Shown here: positions 26,501-36,205 of the stretch, in pieces
Layout of the letters: every line of letters starts with the position of its first letter
Position numbering within the stretch: position 1 is the first letter of the stretch
DNA from: an uncultured virus (IMG/VR IMGVR_UViG_3300020685_000001)
Lineage: Duplodnaviria > Heunggongvirae > Uroviricota > Caudoviricetes
Length of the DNA: 64,000 nucleotides
Reading direction: 5' to 3' (one strand)
Virus record (IMG/VR): IMGVR_UViG_3300020685_000001
Made by a program: the position numbers and the translations under genes
Notes under the pieces: generated by a model
What the model saw: the letters and a program-made list of their open reading frames with translations, nothing else
Database searches by the model: none
What the model was told of the DNA's origin: nothing

Positions 26501-28538
26501 CTCCTGTAGGTGCAGGTGTTGTAGTTCCTGGGGCGGTCTGTATCCCAGTGCTAGGCAGTTGAAGGCTTCGCTCAGTTGCTCCGTTGACATCTCCAGTATG
26601 TCCGTCATTTTGTATCTCCTGATTAGGGGAAAACCAACTAAAATAATTGCTTACTGCTTTATCGTTTATTTTAGCGCCTTTTATAGCATGTTTATTTATC
26701 TCATTGATAAATGTTTCTCTATCTTCAGGGCTATTCATATCTAACCCATTTAGCGCTTTACGGATAGGAGCTTTCTTAGTTAAACCAAAACCTTCCATTA
26801 TCTTGTTATCAATAATTGCAGCTGGTTTAGCTAATGCCCATAAATCCTCTGCCGCCATGGTTTGTTTAGCGGGTTCAGCAGTAGTAATTTTCTTTGCAAA
26901 TTCACCGCCTTGTTTTAAAAGCTCTTGTTGCCTATTAGCAATAGTTTCAATCTGGCTATCAATAGCTTTAATCTGCTCAGTAATAGGAGCTTTCTCCGCT
27001 AACTTAGGCGTATTATCCCGAAGGTCAATAAGCGTTTGCTTTTGTGCTTGTAATGCTTCACCTTTGTTACCAAGTGTAGTAAATTCCTGTTTTAGGATGT
27101 CGAGTGTTTCCCCCGGACCCTTAGGTAATTGCTCTTGCAATGCAGCGATTTGCTCTTTAACTTTAGGCGTTTGTTCTTGCTGTTGTAAGGCAAAAATACT
27201 ACGCTCAATCTCAGCTTGTGCACGCTCAGGTGCTTGGAGTGCTTCAATCTCTACAGGCTTACCAGCTTCAGTCTGCCCAGTTAAAGTATCAGGAGTTAGT
27301 GTTTTATTAGTTGCAGGCAGTTCTTCAGGTGTGAATAAGCTACTTTGTGCATTTGTGGGAATAGGAGTAACTGGCGTAGTCGCAGGCTGCTTAGTAGATG
27401 TATTTTGTAATGGGTTAGGAACTAAAGCACCTTGCGCATTTACTACCATAGATGGTTGAGTAGAGGCTTGTGTGGGGGTAGCAATAGGTTGCCCAGTATT
27501 GTCTAATCCTTGCTTTGCTAATTCACCCCTTGCAGCTCTAGTTTCAAGGGTACCAGTAACAGGACCCATTGCAAAACCGGCAAGAGCACCTTGATACATA
27601 GACTCGCCATAGCCTTTAAGGGCTTCTTTAGAGAATAAGTCTTCTCCTGCCTGTGCTCTAGAAAGTATGTCCTGTGCAGGGTTAACGAAAGCTTCTTCAG
27701 CAGAACCACGTACCATACCAGCACCTACATTTTTTAGCGTAGATTCTGCAGCTTTAACTAGCTCATCAGTAGCAAGGGCTTTTGCTGCTTTAGTAGTAGG
27801 TATCTTACCTAGCATTGATGTAAGTAAGTTCTTACCAATAGCATAGCCTTTACCCGCTTCTTCTAGGAGAGCCTGCCCTGTAGCTGCAGCTGCTGCTTTA
27901 CCTGCGCTAATATCTTTAGGAATACCTGATTCTTGCATTGCTTCTGATTGTTCAGCAATGTTTTGGCTAAAAAACTGTGGGTATAGGGCAGCAAATCCAC
28001 CCATAATCGCTCCAGCAGCCATACCACCAGGCACAGGAGTAGCAAGTCCTAATGCAGCACCAGTAGCAGCACCTGCGGCAACCTCACCCATTTGAGGTAA
28101 GCTACTAGCAATAAACCCTGGAGCTTGTGTAGCAACTTCTTTAGCTGCTCCTAAAATACCTGATTTATCATAGGCTTCGCCTACTTCTTTACTACCACGA
28201 GTTTGCCCTATTTCTTTACTAATCGCACGTTGTTTATCTAAAGATTCTGCTGCAAGGCGATTAAGCTCTTCTTGGGGGGCACCAATAGTTTGAAGATAAG
28301 TTTTATAGTCTTCATAAGACTGCTTTAACCCTCCAGCAATCCGGCTACCAATAGTAGCTTCTGGAACACCCTCAACAGATACATTACCTTTAGGCTCCTC
28401 AGATGCAAATCCGACTTTAGCATGAAACTCATCTAACGGTATATCGGAATAAAACTTTTTATGAAGCCCATCTACTAACTGTTGGTCAGATAGGTCCGAG
28501 TACTGGGGGTACTTTTCCCGTATAGTATTAATATCCAT
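23577..28538 (-). CDS. Large internal virion / DNA ejection protein (1653 aa), C-terminal LPD38-like region
   Basis: Size; last gene of the late arm; IREKYPQYSDLSD N-terminus; TM-like Ala/Gly stretches; NHDFFYNREIV, SPLQLDYLFKSYLG. Confidence 0.75.
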   Translation of the reverse strand: MDINTIREKYPQYSDLSDQQLVDGLHKKFYSDIPLDEFHAKVGFASEEPKGNVSVEGVPEATIGSRIAGGLKQSYEDYKTYLQTIGAPQEELNRLAAESLDKQRAISKEIGQTRGSKEVGEAYDKSGILGAAKEVATQAPGFIASSLPQMGEVAAGAATGAALGLATPVPGGMAAGAIMGGFAALYPQFFSQNIAEQSEAMQESGIPKDISAGKAAAAATGQALLEEAGKGYAIGKNLLTSMLGKIPTTKAAKALATDELVKAAESTLKNVGAGMVRGSAEEAFVNPAQDILSRAQAGEDLFSKEALKGYGESMYQGALAGFAMGPVTGTLETRAARGELAKQGLDNTGQPIATPTQASTQPSMVVNAQGALVPNPLQNTSTKQPATTPVTPIPTNAQSSLFTPEELPATNKTLTPDTLTGQTEAGKPVEIEALQAPERAQAEIERSIFALQQQEQTPKVKEQIAALQEQLPKGPGETLDILKQEFTTLGNKGEALQAQKQTLIDLRDNTPKLAEKAPITEQIKAIDSQIETIANRQQELLKQGGEFAKKITTAEPAKQTMAAEDLWALAKPAAIIDNKIMEGFGLTKKAPIRKALNGLDMNSPEDRETFINEINKHAIKGAKINDKAVSNYFSWFSPNQEIQNDGHTGDVNGATERSLQLPSTGIQTAPGTTTPAPTGVGSAVGTTEQLDGGAAPSGETGTPALAATPTATPVAQATPAQAIQATTGATPAATPVAQPINEVDNAVLFQAAGGKTKPKFISRVISNTISKLKSWADAYENNQLISTQMFGRGQNLFSFDDGFNNRLRAGFMNLVDKGEISLEQFKNAMLRASMTQALYRSEIAHKFMSMGNLAYDAMTNRWTAVNDAVNMNKFQDLIKSFATRTGVDVDTALDQMSKAYEASRVMEFYNSLANTRAEITRTDKKIKELSANKKRTKAESKDLDKKRELLKELKKKAEDLEHKTMHMTRQQALIGMQLYNANPEIGEGTQVWNTMRKRTIDWLVRTGVKTEEQAQDWLDSIAYVPFQRVMDEDEALGLVTSRKGINENMTDKRMKGSMLEVDNTIGNMYQWMQWSISRAISNQQLNVMLDSYKSVAPEEVREGEGSRGNTFTVYQDGVRRQYHVANPAIAQAFMGIPTIMFPGIGAFRGFKTAFTHAFTRLPLFPTAQLVFKDTWEAMLTSGLKHPWMLLKQIPAEIGKTIMGTSEARKALSEAGVLSTHDTPFLGDANDTATKLNLKDPNVYRKTMRALDKWAALNDNMLRQAVYAQTIAEGGTHAQAMEKAVEIFNFRRQSGNVGMQMASQIIPFMNAFGQMQRITIKTLSGSGLSPQTRAAGLSTLATTSAVLGMLSFMYATSVSDDDDYKKMNRIQRDSSFVIPGTGGLRIPIRMGLLTMPKLIGEYLYHSIADKGYTDPQMFKSAMARAVKQQFEPPIGGAILPAIGLATNHDFFYNREIVNATQRKLTPELQFTKNTTELSKVLGAQSGVSPLQLDYLFKSYLGQYASLIALTNDSIAKERGVSRPTSEHPTKDFLMNLPGVGSFVTKEDANGALSDFYEAAQGVDTIVNSIKNQAKYDREGAKARLEKNKDKINVNTQGIERALGNLNTAENIIRNMPDTQMGPDEKAAKIKEIERKRESLAAPINKIRQKLYNEK

Positions 28539-28558
28539 AGGAACCTATTTTAACTTAG

Positions 28559-31048
28559 TTAGCCACGAAGACCTAGTGGATCATCATTCCCACCTTTGCC
28601 ACCTTTATCACCTGTTTTAACTGCATTTATATCGCCTACCATAGTAGCAGCTCTTTGAAGCGCTTTTTTATAAATAGCGTCTGACTGTTCGGGGGTAACT
28701 TTATCAATACCTAATTTATCTTGTGCTGCTTTTAGATCTGCGGCATATAGGTCTTTAGCGATACTTAACGTTTTAAGTTGCATACGATCCGCATTAACCC
28801 CACCAACTTGAGCCATACGTAACTTAGCGGCTTCGGTTCTAGAGGCTGCGGCATCTTCTGCAACTTGTTCAGCGCTGGAACCAGACATTGCATAATGTAA
28901 TAGGTTGTTTCTATCTGTAGCATTAAGTTTAGTAAGATCAAGTTCTCCAGCACGAAGTGCTTTAAGTTGGGTATCGTAGTCAGCATTGCCTTTAGCATAA
29001 GATTCTACGCCAGTTTCCATTAGATTACCGATTCCAGGACCAGCGAATGGGGATGTGCTTTGTAAGCCTTTACCAGCACCTTTAATTAACGCTAAAGCAA
29101 GATTGTTCTCATGGCTTTTCTCTGCATCAGCACGCTCTTTAGTAATTTGGGCACGTTGCTCTAACTCATACTCTGAAGGCTTACCATATCCATATTGGTT
29201 CTGAAGCATATCCATATAGCTGGAAAACTTCTTTGCACCTTTAGGTAATTCACCTACTGATTGAGCTGGAGGTAATGGAGTTGCACGATGTTCGCCAGCA
29301 TACATTTCTTCAGGAGTAAACGCTTCACCAGAACCTTCGCCTACTTTACCATCTTCATAAGGGCTACCACCCTGCGCAAAAGCCACAATACCACCACCTG
29401 CCATGTTCACCATACCACCAGATGCAGCACCAATGCCAGCACCCATACCACCATGCTGTCTAGCAGCCATAGCATCAGCCATCTTTTCACTATAAAGTTC
29501 AGTTGCTTTTTCACGAATAAATGGGCTAGAACTAGTTTTTATTTGGTTCCGTAATTCATCAACCGTCATATTGTCTAAAGAAGCGGCTACACCACCAATA
29601 CTATAGGATGTAATACCGCCAGCAGCCATTTTCTTTTCTTTAATCTGACCACCTTTAGCTTTAACAAGGGCAGCACCTACACCAGCAGCACCTGCGTTAA
29701 CGGCTGTATTAAGTGCACTTGGAGGCGCAGTATAGTTAGTCTGTGTTTGAGATGTTGGAACACCTGTAGTCAAGCCCAAGATATTGTAGAACTGTTGCAT
29801 TGGGTAGTTTTGAGTATTGGCGTAATTCTGAATAGCTTGATTAATAACTGCCTGTTGGTTAGCTTGTTGCTGATTGCCCATTTGATTTTGAGCATTAAGG
29901 ATACCAAGTTGTGCAGCTTGTTGTTGTGTACCAAGATTACCAAGGTTAGCAGCCGCAGTATTAGCACCAGTATATCCAGCTTGAGCTGCATTAACACCAG
30001 CAAGACCAGTATTAGCGCCTTGGATACCAGTTTGATATGCCTGATTAGCTGCGTTAACACCAGATAAACCAAGTTGCTGACCAGCTAATGCTTGACCTAC
30101 ACCTTGTAAGCCTGTGTTAGCACCTGAAATAGCCGCTTGTTGACCTTGGATACCAAGACCTGCACCTTGCATACCGAGAGCCGCAGCCTGCTGCATATTT
30201 TGGTTGGCAGTATTGTAGGCTTGGTTATACGCATTACCGACTAATTGATTCTGCGCAAGCATTTGATTCTGTTGATTTAAACCTTGAGTTACCGCTTGAC
30301 GACCACCACCAAAAGCACCAGCCGCAGTAGCCTGTCCTTGGTTTTGCGCTTGAATCTGGTTAAATTGTTGCTGTTGTAATTGCAAAGCTGGATTTAAAGT
30401 AGCTTGCAAATATGGGTTCATGTATGCTTGTACAGCACTTGGGTTAGTAGCATTTTGACCATAACTAGCACCTTGTTGTGCGCCCATGGCTCCATATCCA
30501 GCACCCATTTGTCCAGCTTGAGAACCTTGAGCACCATAACCTAGACCACCTTGGGTACCGATATTAGCACCAGCTTGACCATAGTTCATTGCATTACCAG
30601 CGAGGCCAGCAGCTTGAGTACCCATAGTAGAACCCAAATTACCATAAGCCATTGCTGGGTTTACTGTATTTAGTAATCCTTGACCAGCATTTTGAGCCAT
30701 AGTAGAAGCACTACCAAACTGACCAGGCATCTGCAAGTTAGCAACGCCTTGTTGTGCTTGTTGTTGTAATGGAGAAAAACCTGCTACAGCTGACTGGGCA
30801 GCAGCCATTTGGTTAGGGCCGATACCAGCACCGTTTTGACCGAAGGCAGTATACCCTTGAGCTTGTCCTAAATTAATTGTTCCATCAGCATTAGTAGTTT
30901 GATTTGGGTATAAATTAGCGACAGCCTGATTAACTAGGTTAGTAGCTAATGGCTGTGACCATGGAGAAACATAAGACAGGGTTTGATTTGCCGACGTTGC
31001 CGCTGGCGCAGTTGTATTTGTATTAGAAGTTCCGCAAAATGAACCCAT
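28559..31048 (-). CDS. Internal virion / DNA transfer protein (829 aa, G/A/Q-rich)
   Basis: YMNPY, AGAFGGGRQ motifs; low complexity typical of ejection proteins. Confidence 0.75.
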   Translation of the reverse strand: MGSFCGTSNTNTTAPAATSANQTLSYVSPWSQPLATNLVNQAVANLYPNQTTNADGTINLGQAQGYTAFGQNGAGIGPNQMAAAQSAVAGFSPLQQQAQQGVANLQMPGQFGSASTMAQNAGQGLLNTVNPAMAYGNLGSTMGTQAAGLAGNAMNYGQAGANIGTQGGLGYGAQGSQAGQMGAGYGAMGAQQGASYGQNATNPSAVQAYMNPYLQATLNPALQLQQQQFNQIQAQNQGQATAAGAFGGGRQAVTQGLNQQNQMLAQNQLVGNAYNQAYNTANQNMQQAAALGMQGAGLGIQGQQAAISGANTGLQGVGQALAGQQLGLSGVNAANQAYQTGIQGANTGLAGVNAAQAGYTGANTAAANLGNLGTQQQAAQLGILNAQNQMGNQQQANQQAVINQAIQNYANTQNYPMQQFYNILGLTTGVPTSQTQTNYTAPPSALNTAVNAGAAGVGAALVKAKGGQIKEKKMAAGGITSYSIGGVAASLDNMTVDELRNQIKTSSSPFIREKATELYSEKMADAMAARQHGGMGAGIGAASGGMVNMAGGGIVAFAQGGSPYEDGKVGEGSGEAFTPEEMYAGEHRATPLPPAQSVGELPKGAKKFSSYMDMLQNQYGYGKPSEYELEQRAQITKERADAEKSHENNLALALIKGAGKGLQSTSPFAGPGIGNLMETGVESYAKGNADYDTQLKALRAGELDLTKLNATDRNNLLHYAMSGSSAEQVAEDAAASRTEAAKLRMAQVGGVNADRMQLKTLSIAKDLYAADLKAAQDKLGIDKVTPEQSDAIYKKALQRAATMVGDINAVKTGDKGGKGGNDDPLGLRG

Positions 31049-31050
31049 AA

Positions 31051-31494
31051 TTAATCTCCAAATTTATACATATCGCTGGTTTTAGTATATCCAGCACGTT
31101 TCAATATAATGCCTAAATCGTTATCTACTGGGTGGCTCATATTAACCTGCTGAACTCCCATTGCTTTAAGCGTCTCACCACCAAATTTTAAAAGCTTACA
31201 TATTGCCATACTACCTCTATGTTCAGGCAACACATAGTAAAAAATATCCATTGCAATCACTAAGCCATAATAGGGAGGTTTAAATACCATCATACCTAAA
31301 TGACCTACTAACTGACCTTCTTCTGTCCGTAAAGTAAAATACTTAAATCCACCAACTGTTTCTGAATCTGAAATACCACCAAAGTCCATCCTAAATCCTC
31401 TGGCGCCATACAGTTCTTTCCAGTGCATTGCCATTAATACAGCAGAATCAGCAACGCAGTCAGCAAATAGTTCGTGTTGTACTTTTAAGTTCAC
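31051..31494 (-). CDS. GNAT-fold acetyltransferase-like protein
   Basis: YYVLPEHRGS acetyl-CoA-binding-like motif; ILKRAGY. Confidence 0.7.
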   Translation of the reverse strand: MNLKVQHELFADCVADSAVLMAMHWKELYGARGFRMDFGGISDSETVGGFKYFTLRTEEGQLVGHLGMMVFKPPYYGLVIAMDIFYYVLPEHRGSMAICKLLKFGGETLKAMGVQQVNMSHPVDNDLGIILKRAGYTKTSDMYKFGD

Positions 31495-31495
31495 C

Positions 31496-31909
31496 TTATA
31501 CTTTCAGTTCTACTACTCTATACCGTTCTTCAAACCCAAACCGATGCCATAACCGTGCTATTGATTCTCTAGCTGCACCTTGTATTTTAGTTGCTCCAAA
31601 CCCTTTTAATACTATCCCTAATTGGGCTACAACATCTTTACTAGATACTAACTTCCCACCAATAAACGTTATAAAGGCTACACGATCTTTTGGGTAATTA
31701 ATAAATGTTACCGTTGCTGCGCCGTGAATTACACCTTGTTCATCTACCGCTACTACTAGTACCCATTGGCCTGTGGATAAATATACTTGAACCTGCTCTA
31801 CTGTATAGTCATCTCCTCCGTACTGCTGGGCATCTACAATATACTTCTCAACTAAAGGCCAAGTCTGCGCAATAAACTGAACAGGAATATGGCGTACTGT
31901 TAAGATCAT
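31496..31909 (-). CDS. GNAT-like virion-associated protein
   Basis: AFITFIGG...GAARESIARLWHRFGF; lies among internal virion genes. Confidence 0.55.
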   Translation of the reverse strand: MILTVRHIPVQFIAQTWPLVEKYIVDAQQYGGDDYTVEQVQVYLSTGQWVLVVAVDEQGVIHGAATVTFINYPKDRVAFITFIGGKLVSSKDVVAQLGIVLKGFGATKIQGAARESIARLWHRFGFEERYRVVELKV

Positions 31910-33915
31910 ACTGCTTTGCGTTTACGAATTGTTGCACCTAATCCACCTCTTGCTGCTGGTACACTAGTATCTGTCGTTGTAGACGCTGTAGTAGCCGCTG
32001 GCTTATTTTTAAACTCATCAGAAGCTTGAACCTGAGCTAAGAAATTTTGTGGGGATATTGCGCCAGAAGTTAATTTTTGAATCCAAAAAGCTGCCCCACC
32101 TGGATCGGCTGGACGCCCTAAATTTCCTTGGTATACACTATTAACTAAACTTGAAGCCTGTGTCTCATTCATGCCACCAGATTGTGACTGACCCATAGCT
32201 GACCTATATTGACTTACTTTAGCTGCTTCTGGGGATTGGCTAATAGCTTGTGCTACTTGGTCCGCAGTCATTTTTCCACTGTTTAATAAATCAGTCCAAG
32301 CTGTTAAACCAGCGCTTTCTGCAGGGCGACCTAATTGCTGCATGTATTGCTGATTAACAAAGTTTGTAGCATTTGGTGCAGCTTGTTGTAGCATATTATT
32401 TCTATACGTAGCCATTTGATCTGCGGCATTAATAGGAGGGGCTGCAGCTGGGGCTGTACTTTGCGCTGGTGCTGCGGCTTGTATTGCTGCTGTATTTTGA
32501 TTCTGTAGTCCTTGGTTAGCCATTTGAGCATTTTGAGCTGCGGCTGCGATAGGGTCTACTTGTCCACCGTCCGCAAACTTAGGCATAAACTTATCGGCTT
32601 TAATTTCTTTACCTTGGGACTTTCTACCTGTACGAGCTTTACGTACATTATCCATCATGCTATGAAGTTTTTTAGCACCTGCATCAGTAGAGCCATTACC
32701 CAAATGAGAAACAACATCAGCAGGAACGACAAATTCACCATCAGCCAAACGAGCAGGCTGCTTATTAGCAATCGTAGCAGGGATATTATCTGACATACCA
32801 TCGCCAGGACCTTTTAATAAATGCGGATTACCACCAGCAGCGTAGCCACCTAGATTAGCTCGAGCAATACCACCACTTGCCATTCTTTGCTGTCCAGTAT
32901 ATGGGTCAACTGCTGTATCAGTAGCTGCGGTTAGTACGTTTCCAGGAACTGGGGTATTTGCTGGGTTAGCGTATTCATTACTATGCAGTCCAGGTTGAGG
33001 ATACATCTGATTATCACCAGTAGAAATATTGGATAACTTATCCTTAATTGGCCCACCATTTAAAGTATTTGGTTCAATAGGGCCCCCTGCAGCATAAGAA
33101 GCTGTTAGGTTCATTGGGGTATGCTGTGCTAATGTATAGTTTAAATTAGATGGAACTGCTGCATATGGGCTATTTGTAGGTACACCATATTTAGCATTTT
33201 GTTGGTTCATAGCCTTTAATAATGCTAAACCACCACCAGCAATTAACGCATTTTTAGCAGTTAATAAACTACCAAGCCCCGTAGAAGCCCCAGTAGTAGC
33301 TGCGCTAGGAGCTAAGCTAGATAAATTAGACAATGCGGAAGAACCAGCTGTAGGTGCAGCACCGCTTAGGCTACTTAAAGTACCACCTGCACCTTCGGCT
33401 GCACCAGTAGAAAGGCCATAGCCACCAGCAGTAGAAGCGCCACCATTAAGTGCGCTAACAGATGCAGGAGATAAAGAACTACCACCTAAGCTAGCGCCTG
33501 TAGAAAGACCGCTATCAAATCCTGTAAGAGCAGTATTACCCGTAGTTCCAATACCAAAACCACCACCAGCACTACCTGTTGCACTACCAACACCACCAAG
33601 CAATGAGCCACCTGAGCCAAGAACTTGGTCAGCTCCAGAGAACAAGCCACCTGCACCAGCTAGACCACCACCAAGAGCGCCTTGAAGAGCTCCAGTACCA
33701 AAGCCATGACCCATTAAAGCAGAGGTAGCTCCACCAGCTAGACCACCAATTCCAGCCCCACCAATAGCTGCTGCAGTACCAGCTTCAACACCGAGAGTAT
33801 CTGCTAACATAGGTGCCGCTGCACCATCGGTCATAACTGTAGCTGCAATCGCCGCCGCTGTAGGTAGTAGATTTTCTACAAACCCGCCAATACCACCGCC
33901 TCCGCCACCGCTCAT
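31906..33915 (-). CDS. Internal virion / pilot protein (669 aa) with two DUF4214-like repeats
   Basis: Gly-rich N-terminus; GPGDGMSDNIPA..LADGEFVVPADVV; two Y...LGRPA(E/D)..G...W...L.SG units. Confidence 0.7.
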   Translation of the reverse strand: MSGGGGGGIGGFVENLLPTAAAIAATVMTDGAAAPMLADTLGVEAGTAAAIGGAGIGGLAGGATSALMGHGFGTGALQGALGGGLAGAGGLFSGADQVLGSGGSLLGGVGSATGSAGGGFGIGTTGNTALTGFDSGLSTGASLGGSSLSPASVSALNGGASTAGGYGLSTGAAEGAGGTLSSLSGAAPTAGSSALSNLSSLAPSAATTGASTGLGSLLTAKNALIAGGGLALLKAMNQQNAKYGVPTNSPYAAVPSNLNYTLAQHTPMNLTASYAAGGPIEPNTLNGGPIKDKLSNISTGDNQMYPQPGLHSNEYANPANTPVPGNVLTAATDTAVDPYTGQQRMASGGIARANLGGYAAGGNPHLLKGPGDGMSDNIPATIANKQPARLADGEFVVPADVVSHLGNGSTDAGAKKLHSMMDNVRKARTGRKSQGKEIKADKFMPKFADGGQVDPIAAAAQNAQMANQGLQNQNTAAIQAAAPAQSTAPAAAPPINAADQMATYRNNMLQQAAPNATNFVNQQYMQQLGRPAESAGLTAWTDLLNSGKMTADQVAQAISQSPEAAKVSQYRSAMGQSQSGGMNETQASSLVNSVYQGNLGRPADPGGAAFWIQKLTSGAISPQNFLAQVQASDEFKNKPAATTASTTTDTSVPAARGGLGATIRKRKAV

Positions 33916-33926
33916 AATATATTCCT

Positions 33927-34205
33927 TTAAGTCTTAATTTTCAATACATTACCGGCACTGGTATCATAATAGACATCCCCAGTACGTAGATTAGCTAAAG
34001 ATGTCTGTGTTGGCAGAATAATAGCCTGTTTCCCAGTAACTTGATTAATTGTTGATAAGTTTAACACTGTCCCTTGTAAAGGTCCATTGTTGTCGATGCC
34101 TGTGAAGTAAAGCTGTAAAATCTTCAAAAGCTGGTCCATAAACGCCTTGTTATATTCTACGGGCGCTACAGGAAGGTTTGGTGCAATAATGTTTTGATTA
34201 GCCAT
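33927..34205 (-). CDS. Small virion protein
   Basis: APNLPVAPVEY..LQLYF; lies between stabilisation and ejection genes. Confidence 0.65.
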   Translation of the reverse strand: MANQNIIAPNLPVAPVEYNKAFMDQLLKILQLYFTGIDNNGPLQGTVLNLSTINQVTGKQAIILPTQTSLANLRTGDVYYDTSAGNVLKIKT

Positions 34206-36202
34206 TATCTTCGTCCATCAGGGCGTACTTCTAAGCGAGGGTTACCTAGCTGCCATTGAACCCCTAATTGGTTAGAACTCACTACAAGCGCCATTTGGCG
34301 GCCACGCATTCTACAATAGGCATATTGCGTAAACTGTTGAATATTATAGGTATTTTGGTTTTGATAAGACTGAGTAGCTGATACCTGTGGGTTATCGTCA
34401 TAGCCATACCCTGAACCTGGATTCTGCCTTGGTAGCATTGTAAAATTAACGCTAGGCGTAATAGATGTAGAACCATTAAAACTAACGTCGGGAATCATAC
34501 GCCATACAAAACCAAAGTTAGAACCGTCTCCAATATCAAAATCAGAAGACTGAATATAGGAAACTATAGGTGTAGGCGGGTTAGTAGTGCCGTTATCCAC
34601 ACCGTTCTCATGGTAAATTAAGCTAGGATTTAACACAACTGGGTTTGAGCCAGGAGTATTGTAGCCAGCAGCCATAGGATAAGAACGTAATGGACTATCG
34701 TACCAAGCAGTGCGGGTCATATTACCGTAATACCAAATCTGCTCAAGGTAGTTGTAGATAACATAGCGGTCAATAACTTGGCTATTTGCTGAGCAGTAGA
34801 ACCACCAGACTTCATTAAAGCCTTCATTAGTACCTGCAAAGAATTGACCAGACTGGGTAGTATTAATATCTTGGAATACATATTCCCGCAAGGTGCAAGG
34901 TAGGGTTTGTACTGTACCAGAATACATGTAGAACTTGTCGTAACCCATCCAGTACACGACGTTATTAGCGATTGCTGTAGTATTAGGCCCAATAATGGAG
35001 ATGTTATCCATCATCAAGTTAAAGCCCCAAACATAGGGGGGTCCTAGGTACTGCATAGAATAGATAGCAGAATCAGTCCAAACTACAATCTCTTGCCTGT
35101 TCTGTCTAGCAGAAATAATTTGTGACCCACGGCTAAGCGTGAAGTTACCTGCCTGGTTAGTAACGTTAGGGGTCCAAGTTGTAGGGCTTTCCTGATCTGA
35201 CCAGCTTACTAGCATAGGGTTTTGTACACCATCGCCATAGGTATCTGTACCAAAAGCAATTACAAATCGAGACGCATCCGATACCATTACATAGTTAGCT
35301 TTAGTAGGGCAAGAATTATCTGTTAACCAGTATTGAGTACCATCTTGAGTATTTGAATTGCTCTTAGATAACACTTGGGCTACGTTAAAGATATTAGGGT
35401 TAGCGCCTACTACCCAGTAATAAATTGGACCACCACGGTAGTTAAATACTAGGTTCTGACCATAGTTAGATTGACTCCATAAACGTAAAGCTTCAACTAC
35501 ACCAAGACCTGCTGGAGCTGCTTGACCCCAACCAGTATTAGGATAACCGGGGTTTACACCGCCCCAGCCACCAGCACCCCAACCTACTGCAGGGGTATTA
35601 ACTTCATTGCCTGGGGGGATTTGGTATGAGGCAGTTACAGCGCCACCGCCAGTACCCGTATCGCTTGCATTAGCTGCAACGGGGGATGTGATTGTATATA
35701 CAGATGTGCTGGTTACTGCTGTTACTACAAACCCTTGAGTTCTATTTAAAATAGCTGCAGTAATATTACCGCCAAGACTTGCAGCCCCGCTAAAAATAAC
35801 ATAGTCACCCACCTGTACACCGTTACCTGCTTGGGTTACTGTAATAGTAGTAGACCCATTAGAAGCAGCAAAAGAAGCGCTAGGAGACGATATAACTGCA
35901 CGGTAGGGGGTTACATCATATAAAGAACCACCTGTACCATTCTGGATATAGAACTTTTGATTGGTGCCTAAGCCAAGGTAGTTTTGACCGCCGATACCAT
36001 TCCATAAAAGCATAGAGCGAGCAACGCCAACATATGGACCACCACTAGATACTTTACCGGAGTCAAGAGTCCAACCACCCATTTTCTCAACCTGACCTGA
36101 ACGGAAACGCACCATATCCCCTTGGAACCAACCACCTTCGTTGGCAAGGGTAGTACCTTCACGGTTAATACCTGGGCGGAATTGTAGTTTTTGTAATGGC
36201 AT
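34205..36202 (-). CDS. Tail nozzle / packaged DNA stabilisation protein (P22 gp10-like)
   Basis: MPLQKLQFRPGINRE, WSDQE, beta-rich, ends PDGRR; 665 aa. Confidence 0.75.
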   Translation of the reverse strand: MPLQKLQFRPGINREGTTLANEGGWFQGDMVRFRSGQVEKMGGWTLDSGKVSSGGPYVGVARSMLLWNGIGGQNYLGLGTNQKFYIQNGTGGSLYDVTPYRAVISSPSASFAASNGSTTITVTQAGNGVQVGDYVIFSGAASLGGNITAAILNRTQGFVVTAVTSTSVYTITSPVAANASDTGTGGGAVTASYQIPPGNEVNTPAVGWGAGGWGGVNPGYPNTGWGQAAPAGLGVVEALRLWSQSNYGQNLVFNYRGGPIYYWVVGANPNIFNVAQVLSKSNSNTQDGTQYWLTDNSCPTKANYVMVSDASRFVIAFGTDTYGDGVQNPMLVSWSDQESPTTWTPNVTNQAGNFTLSRGSQIISARQNRQEIVVWTDSAIYSMQYLGPPYVWGFNLMMDNISIIGPNTTAIANNVVYWMGYDKFYMYSGTVQTLPCTLREYVFQDINTTQSGQFFAGTNEGFNEVWWFYCSANSQVIDRYVIYNYLEQIWYYGNMTRTAWYDSPLRSYPMAAGYNTPGSNPVVLNPSLIYHENGVDNGTTNPPTPIVSYIQSSDFDIGDGSNFGFVWRMIPDVSFNGSTSITPSVNFTMLPRQNPGSGYGYDDNPQVSATQSYQNQNTYNIQQFTQYAYCRMRGRQMALVVSSNQLGVQWQLGNPRLEVRPDGRR

Positions 36203-36205
36203 GGC

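Noticed and set aside
26647..27459. 270-aa plus-strand ORF
   Set aside because: Antisense shadow of the 1653-aa protein; the same applies to most short opposite-strand ORFs in the track
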